Shown piece after piece: positions 10,907-22,000 of a stretch of 64,000 nt of DNA (its first letter is position 1; each line of letters starts with the position of its first letter). The notes under the pieces are model-generated. The model was not told the origin of the DNA, ran no database searches, and saw only the letters and a program-made list of their open reading frames with translations. The stretch lies in assembly GCA_028711995.1 (NCBI GenBank), contig JAQTRE010000002.1:1704-65703 (forward strand). The letters are read 5' to 3'. The DNA is from Dehalococcoidia bacterium (GTDB taxonomy: Bacteria > Chloroflexota > Dehalococcoidia > SZUA-161 > SpSt-899). The translations under genes were made by a program, and so were the position numbers.

Positions 10907-11878
10907 ATGAAAAGAATTGCAGTGTTAACCAGCGGAGGGGATGCTCCCGGCATGAATGCTGCTATCAGATCTGTGGCACGCACCGCCGCGGATAAGGGTT
11001 GGGGCGTATTCGGCGTTCGAAATGGATATGCCGGCCTTATCAATGATACGATGGTGCCGCTCGGGGCTCGGGATGTGGGCGGTATTATGCAAATGGGCGG
11101 CACTATGTTACGCAGCAGCCGCTGTCCTGAATTCAGGACAGAGGAAGGACGAATCAAAGCGCTAAGGACGCTTCATGAACATGGCATCGAGGCGCTGGTT
11201 GTCATCGGAGGAAATGGATCTCAGACCGGGGCCCACGCTCTATCCAAGATGAAGTTCCCAGTCATCGGCATTGCCTCCACTATCGATAATGACCTCTACG
11301 GATCAGAGGTTACCATCGGGGTAGACACAGCCCTGAATATAGCCCTAGAATCCATCGACAGGCTGAAAGTCACTGCCTCATCCCATCAACGAGCCATCCT
11401 TGTAGAAGTTATGGGGCGCGATTGTGGATACCTGGCTTTGATGTCCGGGCTTGCCGGTGGAGCTGAAACGGTGGTTATCCCGGAGATGGAAACAGATCCT
11501 GAAATAGTGGCCAGTCAAATCATCAGCGCCTATGGACGAGGCAAACCACACGCCCTGGTAGTGGTGGCTGAAGGTGCCAAATACAATGGCATCAAGCTCA
11601 TGGAGCACTTCCAGAAACACCAGCATCGGTTGGGGTTCGATTTGCGGCTGACCACCCTGGGACACGTGCAGCGCGGCGGTGTACCCAGCGCCTTTGATCG
11701 ATTGCTGGCTACCCGATTGGGCGTAGCAGCAACGGACCACCTGGCCAAAGGTGAGCACGGAGTGTTGATGGGGCTGATAAAGGACGAAATTGTGCCTACA
11801 CCGCTGGAAGAAGTAGTCGCCACCAAGAAGCCACTGGATTTGCACTTGCTGGAATTGGTCAGAACCCTGGCACAGTAG
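10907..11878 (+). CDS. pfkA: ATP-dependent 6-phosphofructokinase. The start is taken at MKRIAVLTSGGD; the track ORF begins at 10829.
   Basis: MKRIAVLTSGGDAPGMNAAIRSV… and …GGDGS… are classic PFK-A motifs, and an RBS (ggaggt) precedes 10907. Confidence 0.9.
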   Translation: MKRIAVLTSGGDAPGMNAAIRSVARTAADKGWGVFGVRNGYAGLINDTMVPLGARDVGGIMQMGGTMLRSSRCPEFRTEEGRIKALRTLHEHGIEALVVIGGNGSQTGAHALSKMKFPVIGIASTIDNDLYGSEVTIGVDTALNIALESIDRLKVTASSHQRAILVEVMGRDCGYLALMSGLAGGAETVVIPEMETDPEIVASQIISAYGRGKPHALVVVAEGAKYNGIKLMEHFQKHQHRLGFDLRLTTLGHVQRGGVPSAFDRLLATRLGVAATDHLAKGEHGVLMGLIKDEIVPTPLEEVVATKKPLDLHLLELVRTLAQ

Positions 11879-11904
11879 CCAGATTCTTCACATATGGGGC
11901 TGGT

Positions 11905-13338
11905 TCAGGACTCACTCAATTCTTCTCTGCGCCGAATCCACATTGCCGGCACAAGCGCCAGCAGGCACACGATTGCAGCGGCAAGGAAGAAGTTGTGAAA
12001 GAGGTCCAGCACCAGCGGGGGGAGTTTATCCTCAATTTGTTGCAGTGACATCCCGGCTGCCATTACATGAAAATGACCCATTCCCCATGAATTCATCAGC
12101 GCCAGCCCGATGATCATCCCGATCATGCGCATTGATGTCACCAGTGCCGAGGCGACCCCCCGATCTCCCTCACCGACTGAGTTGAGGACAGCAGTGGTGA
12201 TAGGCGCGATGACCAGCCCAAATCCAAGGCCGCACATTACCAGGTGTATCGTGAGCCAGGGTTCAGCCACTGAATCTGTCCACCGCCACAAAAACAAGAA
12301 CCCCCCGGCGCTCAGGAGCAACCCCACAGCCGTGGGAATGCGATATCCCAATCGATGGCACAGAAAACCTCCTATCACCGCTCCGATAGGGATAGCAAAG
12401 GTAAGCCGCCCCAGCCTCAGTCCCAGTCCCACGCCTTCCACTCCCATAAGTGTAGCAGCCATTACGGGAACGATAACAATAGCGATGATAAGCGCGCCAC
12501 CGATGAACAAATGAGTGATGTTAGCCGCAGAGAAGGTGCTATCTCTAAACAGATGAAGTTTGACAAGAGGCTCTGCCGCCCTCTGTTCTCGAAGGATAAA
12601 CAACCCGAAGAGGAAGATGGAAGCTAACAGCAAACCAGCCATATAAAACTCGGCATTTGGACGGTGCAGTTGTTGCGAGAGCCCAATGCTCATGAAAGCA
12701 AGCGCCGCCGCAATCATCAGACCACCCCGGTAATCCACCGATGCCCGGACCTGCTGGCTCGGTTTTACAAAAAAGTATATCAGTGGAATAACTATCAGCC
12801 CCACAGGAACGTTGATCCAGAATATCCAATGCCAATCGAGATATTCGGCAATTACAGAACCATACAGAGGACCGAGCGCTCCTCCCAGTTCCACTGCCCC
12901 GCCGAGAATTCCCAGGGCGATGGCTCTTCTGGCTAGCGGATAGGTATCCCCGATAATAGCCATGCCAACTGGCACTACCGCCCCCCCCCCAATTGCCTGC
13001 ACCACCCGGGCGGCCAGAATATAGTTAAAGCTGGCCATCAATGCAATCAGTACTGAGCCTACCATAAAAACCAGCAGCGAGAGGATGTACATTCGACGAT
13101 GACCGTAGACGTCGGAGATTCGCCCCACCAGAGGCATCGCGAACGTATATCCCAGAAGATAGCCACTGACTAGCCATGACACTTGGTCCAGGCGGGTGAC
13201 ATTCATGTGAAGATCAAACATGATCTCATTGAGAGCGCCGTATATCACTGTCTGGTCAAGGGCAGCAACAAAAATGCCAGCACAAACAGCAAAGAGGATG
13301 AGATTATGGGAAGGGACTCTCGTCTTGGATTCTTCCAT
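11905..13338 (-). CDS. MFS transporter (DHA family; P55-like partner of the upstream LprG-type lipoprotein)
   Basis: 477 aa with 12-14 TM helices and MFS signatures (…GRISDVYGHRRM…). It lies directly downstream, on the minus strand, of the lipoprotein gene at 13380-14087. Confidence 0.8.
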   Translation of the reverse strand: MEESKTRVPSHNLILFAVCAGIFVAALDQTVIYGALNEIMFDLHMNVTRLDQVSWLVSGYLLGYTFAMPLVGRISDVYGHRRMYILSLLVFMVGSVLIALMASFNYILAARVVQAIGGGAVVPVGMAIIGDTYPLARRAIALGILGGAVELGGALGPLYGSVIAEYLDWHWIFWINVPVGLIVIPLIYFFVKPSQQVRASVDYRGGLMIAAALAFMSIGLSQQLHRPNAEFYMAGLLLASIFLFGLFILREQRAAEPLVKLHLFRDSTFSAANITHLFIGGALIIAIVIVPVMAATLMGVEGVGLGLRLGRLTFAIPIGAVIGGFLCHRLGYRIPTAVGLLLSAGGFLFLWRWTDSVAEPWLTIHLVMCGLGFGLVIAPITTAVLNSVGEGDRGVASALVTSMRMIGMIIGLALMNSWGMGHFHVMAAGMSLQQIEDKLPPLVLDLFHNFFLAAAIVCLLALVPAMWIRRREELSES

Positions 13339-13379
13339 AATGGCAGGCTAGAGGCACAGCGTGCGGTTCTTCTTTGGAA

Positions 13380-14087
13380 TCATTCGGGTAACTGGATGGT
13401 GACGGGCTGGTTGAATCTGGAAATGTCCAGTGTCCTGATGATGCCCTCCTTCTCGTCCTCACAAATTCGGCCATCGAAGACAACTTTGCGAAGCAGGAAA
13501 TCCTCGACGCCGATCCAGATATCGGTCCTGACAGGCAATCCTTCAGCAGCATGCCCCACGGCGATGGAATTCAGCGTTTCAGAAAACAGGGTTCCGCTCA
13601 TATGAAAGCATATGACCCCGCCTGACTTTTCGTCCGTCATCATCGAAAGTCCGGTGACGCTTTCCATCACCGCCTTGATGCCAGTACCAGGCTGGAACAG
13701 TGAGACAGCGTTAAAATCTTCCGAAAGAAGTTCCCAACTACTGTTCAGGGGATTGGTCATATAGGTCACCGTGCCGACGGTGATCAGTTCCGCCTCAACG
13801 AACATTCGGCCCCATGTGGCCTCGATCTTCATCTTGAGCTTATCGGGCGGCGCAATATCGCCAGAAGCTCCGGTCATCTCGAGTCCCATATTTATCGGGG
13901 TCCCACCACCTTCCTGGCTTAGAGCAAAATGGAAACTGGTCAGGTTATCCAGTTTGGGCGAGGCCGTAGCGATGATCTCTTCCGGCGTAAGGGAAGAGGC
14001 CGATAGTGTCGGAGTGGAGTCCTCATCCTTTCCGCAAGCGCATACCAAGAGCGCCAACATCAAACCGAAAAGGAGTATTTGTTTCAT
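13380..14087 (-). CDS. Lipoprotein of the LppX/LprAFG (LprG-like) family. The start is taken at MKQILLFGL; the track ORF extends to 14123.
   Basis: Signal peptide plus lipobox (LLVCACGK). The architecture and length resemble mycobacterial LprG/LppX (…TSFHFAL…, …FVEAELITVGTVTYMTNP…, …TDIWIGVEDFLL…). It sits in an operon with an MFS transporter, as in lprG-p55. Confidence 0.5.
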   Translation of the reverse strand: MKQILLFGLMLALLVCACGKDEDSTPTLSASSLTPEEIIATASPKLDNLTSFHFALSQEGGGTPINMGLEMTGASGDIAPPDKLKMKIEATWGRMFVEAELITVGTVTYMTNPLNSSWELLSEDFNAVSLFQPGTGIKAVMESVTGLSMMTDEKSGGVICFHMSGTLFSETLNSIAVGHAAEGLPVRTDIWIGVEDFLLRKVVFDGRICEDEKEGIIRTLDISRFNQPVTIQLPE

Positions 14088-14419
14088 TTGCCTTCCCCCG
14101 TTGCTTTTACTGTTGCTGGTCATGCCGCCGGCTCCTATCGAAGACGAGTCTTTGACTGGAAATCCTTCTTCTAGAAGTCATTGAAGGAGACTCCCTCTTC
14201 TTTCGGCCGATTTTCCCGAGCCCGGCAGAGAACCTCAGAGAATTGGGGCGGTACGCACCCGGCCATTGTTTGTATTATAATCGCCACATCCGCGGAAGTG
14301 AAGGAAACAGGGGCTGTGATATTTCATGGCCGAAGATGAACTAAATCTCTCGTCACAGAGATGCAGTGAAGTGCAGTGCCTGACCAAAGGACGGATGGCT
14401 GTACGGCGCATCCGTTATT

Positions 14420-15385
14420 CTACTTATCGCGTTCCAGTACGTAGTCAGCCAAGCTCAACAGCGAACTCTTGGCCGGGCTATCGGGCAGGGGATTGATAGA
14501 TTGCTTGGCTCTCTGAACGAGGTCTTTGGCTACGGAATAAGACTCTGCGATGAAAGGCGATTGCTGTATTTGCGTGATGGCATGACGCAACTCTTTTCCC
14601 TTCCCTTTGTTCTCGAATCCTCGCTTAACAGGGTTATCGTCCGGGCGCTGTTCAAGGTAGAGTAGGGCAGGCAGTGTCAATATGCCTTGGAGGAGATCAT
14701 TGCCTACTGGCTTGCCCATCACCGCCTCATCCCCGGTGAAGTCCAGCAAGTCGTCGATAACCTGGAATGCAAGGCCCAGATTCAGACCATACGACTTGAG
14801 AGATTGAACGTGCTCCTCGGGGCTATCACTGAGAATGGCGCCCGACTCGGCAGCCATGGCAAACAGGGCAGCGGTTTTTCCGGTTATTCGCCTGAAGTAG
14901 TCTTCCCGGCTCTGCTGCCAGTCATAGACGCTCAAATTCTCTTCCAGTTCACCTTTGGCCAATGCCATCAGCGTCTGGGCAAAAAGTCTGACCGCCCTTA
15001 GATTCCCGGGGACGGCGGCCAGTTCGGCAGATTTGGCAAAGAGGTAGTCGCCTGCTATGGTGGCGGCGCTATCGCCCCAGATGTTATAGAGCGTTGGAAG
15101 ACCTCTTCGGAGCGGCGACTTATCGATGGTATCATCGTGAACCAGAGAAGCCACGTGGAGCAACTCCGTGGCGGCAGCCATCGGGACCAGCCGATCCAGA
15201 TTGTATTGGTTAAACTTTCCGGAGAGCAGGGTAAGGGCTGGACGAATCCCTTTGCCAAGGCCGCTCATCACATGTCTGGCGATATCGGCAAGCTGCGGAT
15301 AATCGACATCGGCGACGCTTCCCAGCGTTTCCATCACCAGGGGCATCTCGTTTTTGACAGGCTCGAAAATGGTTTCGATCCTCAT
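14420..15385 (-). CDS. Polyprenyl diphosphate synthase (trans-isoprenyl diphosphate synthase, IspB/HepT/GGPPS family)
   Basis: Two aspartate-rich motifs are present: LVHDDTID (FARM) and VIDDLLD (SARM). Confidence 0.85.
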   Translation of the reverse strand: MRIETIFEPVKNEMPLVMETLGSVADVDYPQLADIARHVMSGLGKGIRPALTLLSGKFNQYNLDRLVPMAAATELLHVASLVHDDTIDKSPLRRGLPTLYNIWGDSAATIAGDYLFAKSAELAAVPGNLRAVRLFAQTLMALAKGELEENLSVYDWQQSREDYFRRITGKTAALFAMAAESGAILSDSPEEHVQSLKSYGLNLGLAFQVIDDLLDFTGDEAVMGKPVGNDLLQGILTLPALLYLEQRPDDNPVKRGFENKGKGKELRHAITQIQQSPFIAESYSVAKDLVQRAKQSINPLPDSPAKSSLLSLADYVLERDK

Positions 15386-15478
15386 AAGTCAGAACACCTT
15401 TGTTTCGATGCAAATCTCTGTGTCATTGCGATGAGATCAGGCCATCTATTCTGAAGAGGGTGAATCCTCCAAACCCTC

Positions 15479-17137
15479 TTAGCCCAATCTGCTCGTTTCT
15501 GCAGCGACGACATCTTCATCGAGCTTTTTGAAGAGGGGTTCAGGTTGGGCCAGCGCCTGTCCGGTAAGCGGGAATTTGAAATTCCAGCCGCCATCCCGGA
15601 TATCTCCGGCAGAACCAAGAAGACGATGGACTTTTTCTGAACTGAACGGCAGGTAGGGATAAAGCACTGTTGCCAGACAGGAGATCGCTCCGAGCGCTAC
15701 GGCCAGAGTTTGACCGGCAGCCTCTTTGTTCTGCTTGATAGCTTTCCACGGGGCTTTCTCGTCGAGATACCGGTTGGCCTCCTGGGCAAACGCAAACGCA
15801 GCCTTTATCCCTTCCTTAAAGTGGCACGCTGAGAGGGATTGGCCGACGCTACCCAAGGCGGCCCTTGCTTTTCCAAGAAGCGCATTATCGGCAGCATCGA
15901 GTTCTCCAACCGGTGGGATATGCCCATCGAAATTGCGATAGGTAAAGCTGACCACCCGATTGACGAGGTTGCCATAGGTAGCCACCAGTTCATCATTATT
16001 ACGCCGCACGAATTCTCGCCAGGAGAAATCGGTATCGCCGGTCTCCGGCATATTTACTGAAAGAATATAACGGAGCGGATCAGGATCATAGCGTTCTAGA
16101 TAATCGGGAAGCCAGACCGCCCAGTTGCGGCTGGTGGAGAATTTCCTGGCCTCCAGTGTCAAGAACTCGTTGGCTGGGACATCATAAGGTAAATTGAGTC
16201 CCTCGTAGCCCATCAGCATCGCGGGCCAGATGAGGGTGTGAAAAGGAATATTGTCCTTCCCGATGAAGTAATAGGCTTTAGCATCCTTTTGCCAGAACGG
16301 TCGCCACATCTCCGGATCGCCGTGGATCTGTGCCCATTCCTGGCTGGCCGAGAGATATCCGATCACGGCTTCAAACCAAACATAGATGCGCTTGCTATCA
16401 AATCCGGCGATTGGAACGGGAACACCCCATTCCAGGTCGCGAGTGATAGCTCGATCCCGAAGACCTTCATTGATATACCTCAGGGTGAAGCTGAGCACGT
16501 TCGGTCTCCACTGATTCTGTGTCCTTGCCCAGGATTCCAATTGTTCACTGAACGCCGACAGCTTGAAAAAGAAATGCTCTGTCTCCCGGATTTCAGGGGA
16601 TCCGCCGCAGAGGATGCAGCGCAGGTTGATCAACTCGCTGGGATTTATCGGCTTGCCACAGGCATCACACTGGTCTCCTCGCGCACCGGAAGCGTGGCAG
16701 TATGGGCACTCGCCTTCGACGTAGCGATCGGGAAGGAATCGCTGGCATTTCGGGCAGTAGGCAGACGGCATGCTGGCTTTGTAAATGTAGCCCTTTTGGT
16801 TGAGGGTGTTGAAAATGTCATGAACCACCCGGGTGTGATTGACTGTGTGGGTGGAAGTAAACAGGTCAAAGGAAATTCCTACCTTCTTCCATGAGTCCAG
16901 AAAGCTCTGGTGACTGGCGGTTGCCACCTGCTCAGGAGTCGTTCCCTCTTTCTCTGCTCTGACCGTGATAGGAGTGCCGTGCATGTCGCTGCCTGAAACC
17001 ATTAATACCCGATCTCCCTTAAGGCGATGGTATCGGGCGAAGATATCGGCTGGAAGATAGGCTCCGGCCAGATGTCCTAGATGAAGTGGGCCATTGGCAT
17101 AAGGCCAGGCAGCTGCCACAAGGATATTTTCAGGCAT
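15479..17137 (-). CDS. metG: Methionyl-tRNA synthetase (552 aa, with a C-terminal extension)
   Basis: WPYANGPLHLGHLAG (HIGH motif), the zinc knuckles CPKC…CPYC…CDAC…CILC, and KFSTSRN (KMSKS variant). Confidence 0.9.
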   Translation of the reverse strand: MPENILVAAAWPYANGPLHLGHLAGAYLPADIFARYHRLKGDRVLMVSGSDMHGTPITVRAEKEGTTPEQVATASHQSFLDSWKKVGISFDLFTSTHTVNHTRVVHDIFNTLNQKGYIYKASMPSAYCPKCQRFLPDRYVEGECPYCHASGARGDQCDACGKPINPSELINLRCILCGGSPEIRETEHFFFKLSAFSEQLESWARTQNQWRPNVLSFTLRYINEGLRDRAITRDLEWGVPVPIAGFDSKRIYVWFEAVIGYLSASQEWAQIHGDPEMWRPFWQKDAKAYYFIGKDNIPFHTLIWPAMLMGYEGLNLPYDVPANEFLTLEARKFSTSRNWAVWLPDYLERYDPDPLRYILSVNMPETGDTDFSWREFVRRNNDELVATYGNLVNRVVSFTYRNFDGHIPPVGELDAADNALLGKARAALGSVGQSLSACHFKEGIKAAFAFAQEANRYLDEKAPWKAIKQNKEAAGQTLAVALGAISCLATVLYPYLPFSSEKVHRLLGSAGDIRDGGWNFKFPLTGQALAQPEPLFKKLDEDVVAAETSRLG

Positions 17138-17347
17138 AACGTGCCTATTCTACCACAATTAGAGGGAGATAGGGATCGGTTTTCACAGAGGAGCAGTTGT
17201 TTGTGAGTATGCAGGTTGTCTTATTAACCAATCGTTGACCCGGTGTATATCACTTCTTAACCTTACTGTTACCTTCTGTTTATGCTCATTGACCCTTTCG
17301 TTGACCTTCCCTCCCTATACTAATTATGGTTGAAGGAGATATAGGTT

Positions 17348-17920
17348 ATGTTAACAACAGCGCAGAACGCCCCCAACGGAAAATACGCCATTGACGATCC
17401 CGAGATCTTCGCGGGAGATATGGAGATATACATTGCTCCGCCTTTTGACAATGCTCATGTAATAAACATCATGAGACAGATGAAGAAGCATAAATGCAGA
17501 TTTCAATACTCCAGCGGCTCGCACCGGGATGGTTGCTTGATCGCCGTTTATCTCGATGAGCCACAAGCCATGGTCAGTATTCTAGCCGATACCCCTGGCA
17601 TCAACGATGTCCGGATAACTCCGGTACTGGAATCTAAATTCGAACAGTCTCACGGGCAATCCCGGCAGTTGCTTATGTCTGGAAGAATGAATGTTCATCG
17701 GATAACGGTCACTGTGGAACCCCGCAAGGTAAGGGCCGTGGAAGGCGGGCGAGAAGGCATCGCCGACGGCCAAAATGTGAAGAGCCCCGCTCACAAGGCC
17801 AACGAGACAGGCATCTTTAATCCGGAAAGATCAACGGATAGTTACTCTCGACGTGTCACCTTTGATGCCCGAGGAGGAGCGTTCGGGGCAAGGGCGAATG
17901 CGATACCACGCATCGTTTAG
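17348..17920 (+). CDS. Hypothetical protein (190 aa) directly upstream of pilT
   Basis: A good RBS (aaggaga) precedes the ATG at 17348. There is no recognisable domain, and the C-terminal half is Arg/Gly-rich and of low complexity. Confidence 0.4.
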   Translation: MLTTAQNAPNGKYAIDDPEIFAGDMEIYIAPPFDNAHVINIMRQMKKHKCRFQYSSGSHRDGCLIAVYLDEPQAMVSILADTPGINDVRITPVLESKFEQSHGQSRQLLMSGRMNVHRITVTVEPRKVRAVEGGREGIADGQNVKSPAHKANETGIFNPERSTDSYSRRVTFDARGGAFGARANAIPRIV

Positions 17921-17967
17921 TGAAGCAGTGTTTGGCTTTTTCAATTCTGTTTCTCAGGGAGGGAAAA

Positions 17968-19059
17968 ATGGAAATCAATGAACTACTGCGTTTGGCGGAT
18001 CAGAAGAATGCCTCAGACCTTCACCTCATGGTCGGAGTCCGTCCGGCGCTGAGGGTCGACGGACAGTTGATAAATATTCAATGTGAGCCGATTACTCCTG
18101 CTGAGCTGATACAGGCTTTCAATTCGGTGACAGATGAGAATCAGCAGAGCACATTCTCTCGCGATTTGGAGCTGGATTTTGCCTATACTGTCCCACATGG
18201 ATCTCGCTTCCGGGCTAATGCTTGCCGGCAGAAGGGAACCATCAGCCTCGTCTTCCGACACCTAGAGTCACCCCCAATCAACATCGAGGCTATCGGTTTG
18301 CCCCTGGTCTGCAGGGACCTGGCCCTCAAACCGAATGGATTGGTGTTGGTAACCGGACCCTCGGGATGCGGCAAATCGACCACGTTAGCAGCAATGATAC
18401 AGCACTTGAATCAAACCAGGGAACGACGAGTTATCACCATTGAGGACCCCATCGAGTATGTTTACGCCAGCGATCGGTGCATGATCTCGCAGCGAGAGGT
18501 GGGATCTGACACCCATTCGTTCGCTCAGGCGCTGAAGCATGTGCTTCGGCAGGACCCGGAAGTCATTCTGGTTGGGGAAATGCGAGATGTTGATACGGCG
18601 ATGATGGTGCTGACGGCCGCGGAGACCGGCCAATTGGTGTTGTCCACGGGGCATGCTTCCAATGCTCCCAGTTCAATTGACAGGATAATTGATCTGTTTC
18701 CCCCGAATCAGCAGATCTTCGCCCAGGCAAGACTGGCCGAGGTGCTTCAAGGAGTATTATCCCAGAGATTGCTGGCTCGTGTGGATGGATCAGGACGAGT
18801 TCCCGCAGTGGAGGTCATGCTGGGAAACCCGGCGGTGAAGAGCCTCATTCGGGAAGGCAAGATACACCAACTAGCCAACGTTATCCGCACCGGTCAGCAA
18901 TTGGGTATGCGGTCTATGGATGAATCTCTGATACACCTTTACGATGCAGGGCTGATAAGCAGAGAGGCGGTATTGACGTACTGTGTGGATTACGGCGAAA
19001 CAGTAAGAATCGTTGGTGAGCCATTGACATCTGGTGTTACCGGGCGATTGCAGCTTTAA
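17968..19059 (+). CDS. pilT: Type IV pilus retraction ATPase PilT. The start is taken at MEINELLRL; the track ORF begins at 17920.
   Basis: Walker A GPTGSGKST-type (here GPSGCGKST), Asp box, Walker B, His box (LVLSTGHA) and the PilT-specific region are all present. An RBS (agggagg) precedes 17968. Confidence 0.85.
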   Translation: MEINELLRLADQKNASDLHLMVGVRPALRVDGQLINIQCEPITPAELIQAFNSVTDENQQSTFSRDLELDFAYTVPHGSRFRANACRQKGTISLVFRHLESPPINIEAIGLPLVCRDLALKPNGLVLVTGPSGCGKSTTLAAMIQHLNQTRERRVITIEDPIEYVYASDRCMISQREVGSDTHSFAQALKHVLRQDPEVILVGEMRDVDTAMMVLTAAETGQLVLSTGHASNAPSSIDRIIDLFPPNQQIFAQARLAEVLQGVLSQRLLARVDGSGRVPAVEVMLGNPAVKSLIREGKIHQLANVIRTGQQLGMRSMDESLIHLYDAGLISREAVLTYCVDYGETVRIVGEPLTSGVTGRLQL

Positions 19060-19086
19060 CAGGAGACTGTTTGTCAAGGCTCAGAG

Positions 19087-22000
19087 TTAGGCCATCGGGC
19101 TTTGCTGTTCTCCCATAACCCTGAAAAACACGCCAATGATGGCGGGATCAAACTGGCTTCCGCTGCATCTTTGCAATTCGGCCATCGCTTCTGTGTGCGA
19201 CATCACATCAGCATAGGATCGGGCAGAGGTCAGGGTATCGTAAGTATCAGCTACGGAGATGATCCTGGCACGGATTGGAATCTCTATGCTCTTCAACCGG
19301 CCCGGATATCCGCTGCCATCATACCATTCATGATGGTGGCGGATATCCGGCACAATGTCCGCCAGGTCTTTGACGTGTTCCACAATCTTCGCTCCCTCGG
19401 CAGAGTGCCTTGTGAGGAGCGCCCACTCTTCTTCCGTAGGTTTTCCCGGTTTGCTCAGGATCGCATCAGAGACGCCGAATTTACCGATATCGTGCAGGAT
19501 GGCGGCAGAGTGCAACTTTACCAGGTCCATCTGAGTCAACCCCATCGCCTTGCCAATCCTTTCACACAGACCTGCTACCCTTGTAGCATGACCATACATT
19601 TCTTTGTCCCTGGCATCTACTGCGGCGGCCAGAGCATAAATCTGGTCCAGCGTCGCCAAGCCCAAGACTCCCGAAGCTGCCAGCTCGTCCAGATCGGACA
19701 CCCGCGTGGTGGTAGCCCCCCCGCGTCGCTTTGACTGATAAAGAGCGATATCAACCAGATTCATCAGGCTGTCTATGGTATCTCCATCATCGGGGAAGTC
19801 AACTATCCCTGCACTGATCTGCAAAAGCATCTCTGAGGAAGGAAAACTGGACTTGACTCTCTCCTCCCATTTTTGTCTGATGCGCCTAGCAATCTTGTCT
19901 GCTTTTTTAACATGAGTTGAGCGCACCAGCAGGATGAACTCGTCGCCGCCGTAGCGAAAAACCATGTCATTGTTCTTAAGAGAAGTTTCCAGCAGTCGGG
20001 CGAACTCTTGAAGGACCTTATCGCCATTTGTGTGCCCGTAAGTGTCATTGTACAGCTTGAATCGATCGAGGTCGAGCATTACCAGCGAGAATGAACTGCC
20101 GTCTGCAAGGGCTCGGTTGATCTCCGTTTCGACCACATCGTAGAAACGGCGGCGATTCGGAACGCCGGTCAACTCATCGGTTACACTCAGGCGACGTAAT
20201 TCTTCCTCGGCCTGTCTACGCTCCGTGACGTCACGAATGACAGCAAGGTACGTCACTGCCTTTCCCTCGCTGAAAATTGGAGAATGGGTCACCTCGCCAA
20301 ATCGTACGGCTCCGTCTTTGGAGATGAATTTATAGGTTGGATTGGGAAGCGTCTCACCTGCGAAGATGTGATCTAGATTGTGATGCAGTTCCTGCAATGA
20401 ATCCTCTGCGATGACGCCTATCTCCAGCCATCTCTTTCCCATCAGTTCCGCGAGGACATATCCGCCAAGCCTCTCAGCCGAGGGCGAAACGTCAATAAGC
20501 CTGAGTTCCTGGTCAAACTCAGCGATGACATCGGATACATTCTCGAAATGGAGCCGGTATCGCTCCTCACTATGACGCAGCGCTTCTTCTGCAACCAGCC
20601 GGGCAATACCTTCCCCCACATGTCCTGTGATCTGCTCGAGTGCAATACGAGCGTGGACGGAAAATCTTTCTTCAGTGTGAGAAGTTACGTGGAGGCAGGC
20701 GACCAACCGGCCCTCATGAACAATCGGAAGTATTGCAATGGCCCGCAGACCCTCCATCTGCTCTGCTTCTTTTGAAGGTATGTTAACCTTCGAGAACTCA
20801 GTATACAGTGGCACCGCGTTCATCACCAGACGGGTATTGGGGGAATCGGGGCCATAGTATGAAACAGAATCAATGAAATCGGCTGATAATCCGTGGTGAC
20901 ATACCAGCCTTATTCCCCCTGTATCTTCATCAACGAGGTAGATGCCTCCCGAGTCCATTCCGGAGGCGGCGATGGCCGCCTCAAGGCACAGGGCGGCGCC
21001 CTTATCGAGTTCGTCGGTAGCAGATAAGGATTGAGCCAGATTCTGCTGAATGGCGGACTGTTTCTCTGCCCGTTTTCGGTCGGTGATGTCCGAGGTCAAA
21101 CCATAGAAATACCGTTTGCCGTCTTGCTCATAGGAATTAACGGCTCTGGTATATAACCATAGCCATTCCCCGTCCTTTCGCCTGAACCTGTGCTCGATAG
21201 CAAAGTAAATCCCTTCCTCATCGAGGGCCCTCAAAGCAATTTTCACATTGTTGAGGTCATCAGGGTGAACGTTTCCCAGCCAACCACGGATTCCTCCCTG
21301 ACGCAGTTCTTCCGGCGCACATCCCATGATTGCCTGCACATTGGGGCTAACGAAAGCGATCCCCTTTCCCTGCTCGACTATCCACACGGTATCCGGAATG
21401 TTGTTCACCACAGTACGGTATTTCTCTTCACTCTCGCGGAGCGCCCTTTCCGCTTGCCTTCGCTCCGTTACATCTCGCACCACAGAGGTATACGCTGTAA
21501 TCTTTCCTTCCACAATAAGGGGGGTATTGGTTACCTCGCCAAGTTTAATCGTTCCGTTCTTGCAGATGAACCTGTAGGTACGAGGCGGCATCGCTTCGCC
21601 GGGAAGGAAGTGGTTCAGGTTGAAAACGATCTCCTGCGCTGATTTCTCTGAGATGATGCCAACATCGACCGCCTTCCTGCCGATCAACTCGGATGGTGTA
21701 TATCCCAGCATCGTTTCGATTGACGGTGAGACATCGAGAATGCGAATCTCTGTGTCAAAGCTGACGATGATGTCGGACGCATTCTGAAAGTGGAGCCGAT
21801 ATCGCTCTTCGCTCGCGGCGAGCGCTTTCCAGGCTCGCGTCTTCTCCAAAGCATTGCCTATGATGTCGGCGGATAGCTGGAGCAGGGCTCTGTCATCCTC
21901 TTTCCACTTTCCGGCTGTGGAAACATTGTCAAAACCGATGAGCCCTGCCCACCGGTTTGCCATAAACAGAGGAACAATGATGAGTGATTTGATTTCCTGG

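Noticed and set aside
12110-12936. ORFs on the plus strand inside the second MFS gene (12110-12514, 12355-12627, 12664-12936) and minus 12545-12835
   Set aside because: Shadow ORFs of the MFS transporter frame.
16238-16894. 218-aa plus-strand ORF
   Set aside because: Antisense to metG, whose frame carries HIGH/KMSKS-type and zinc-knuckle motifs.
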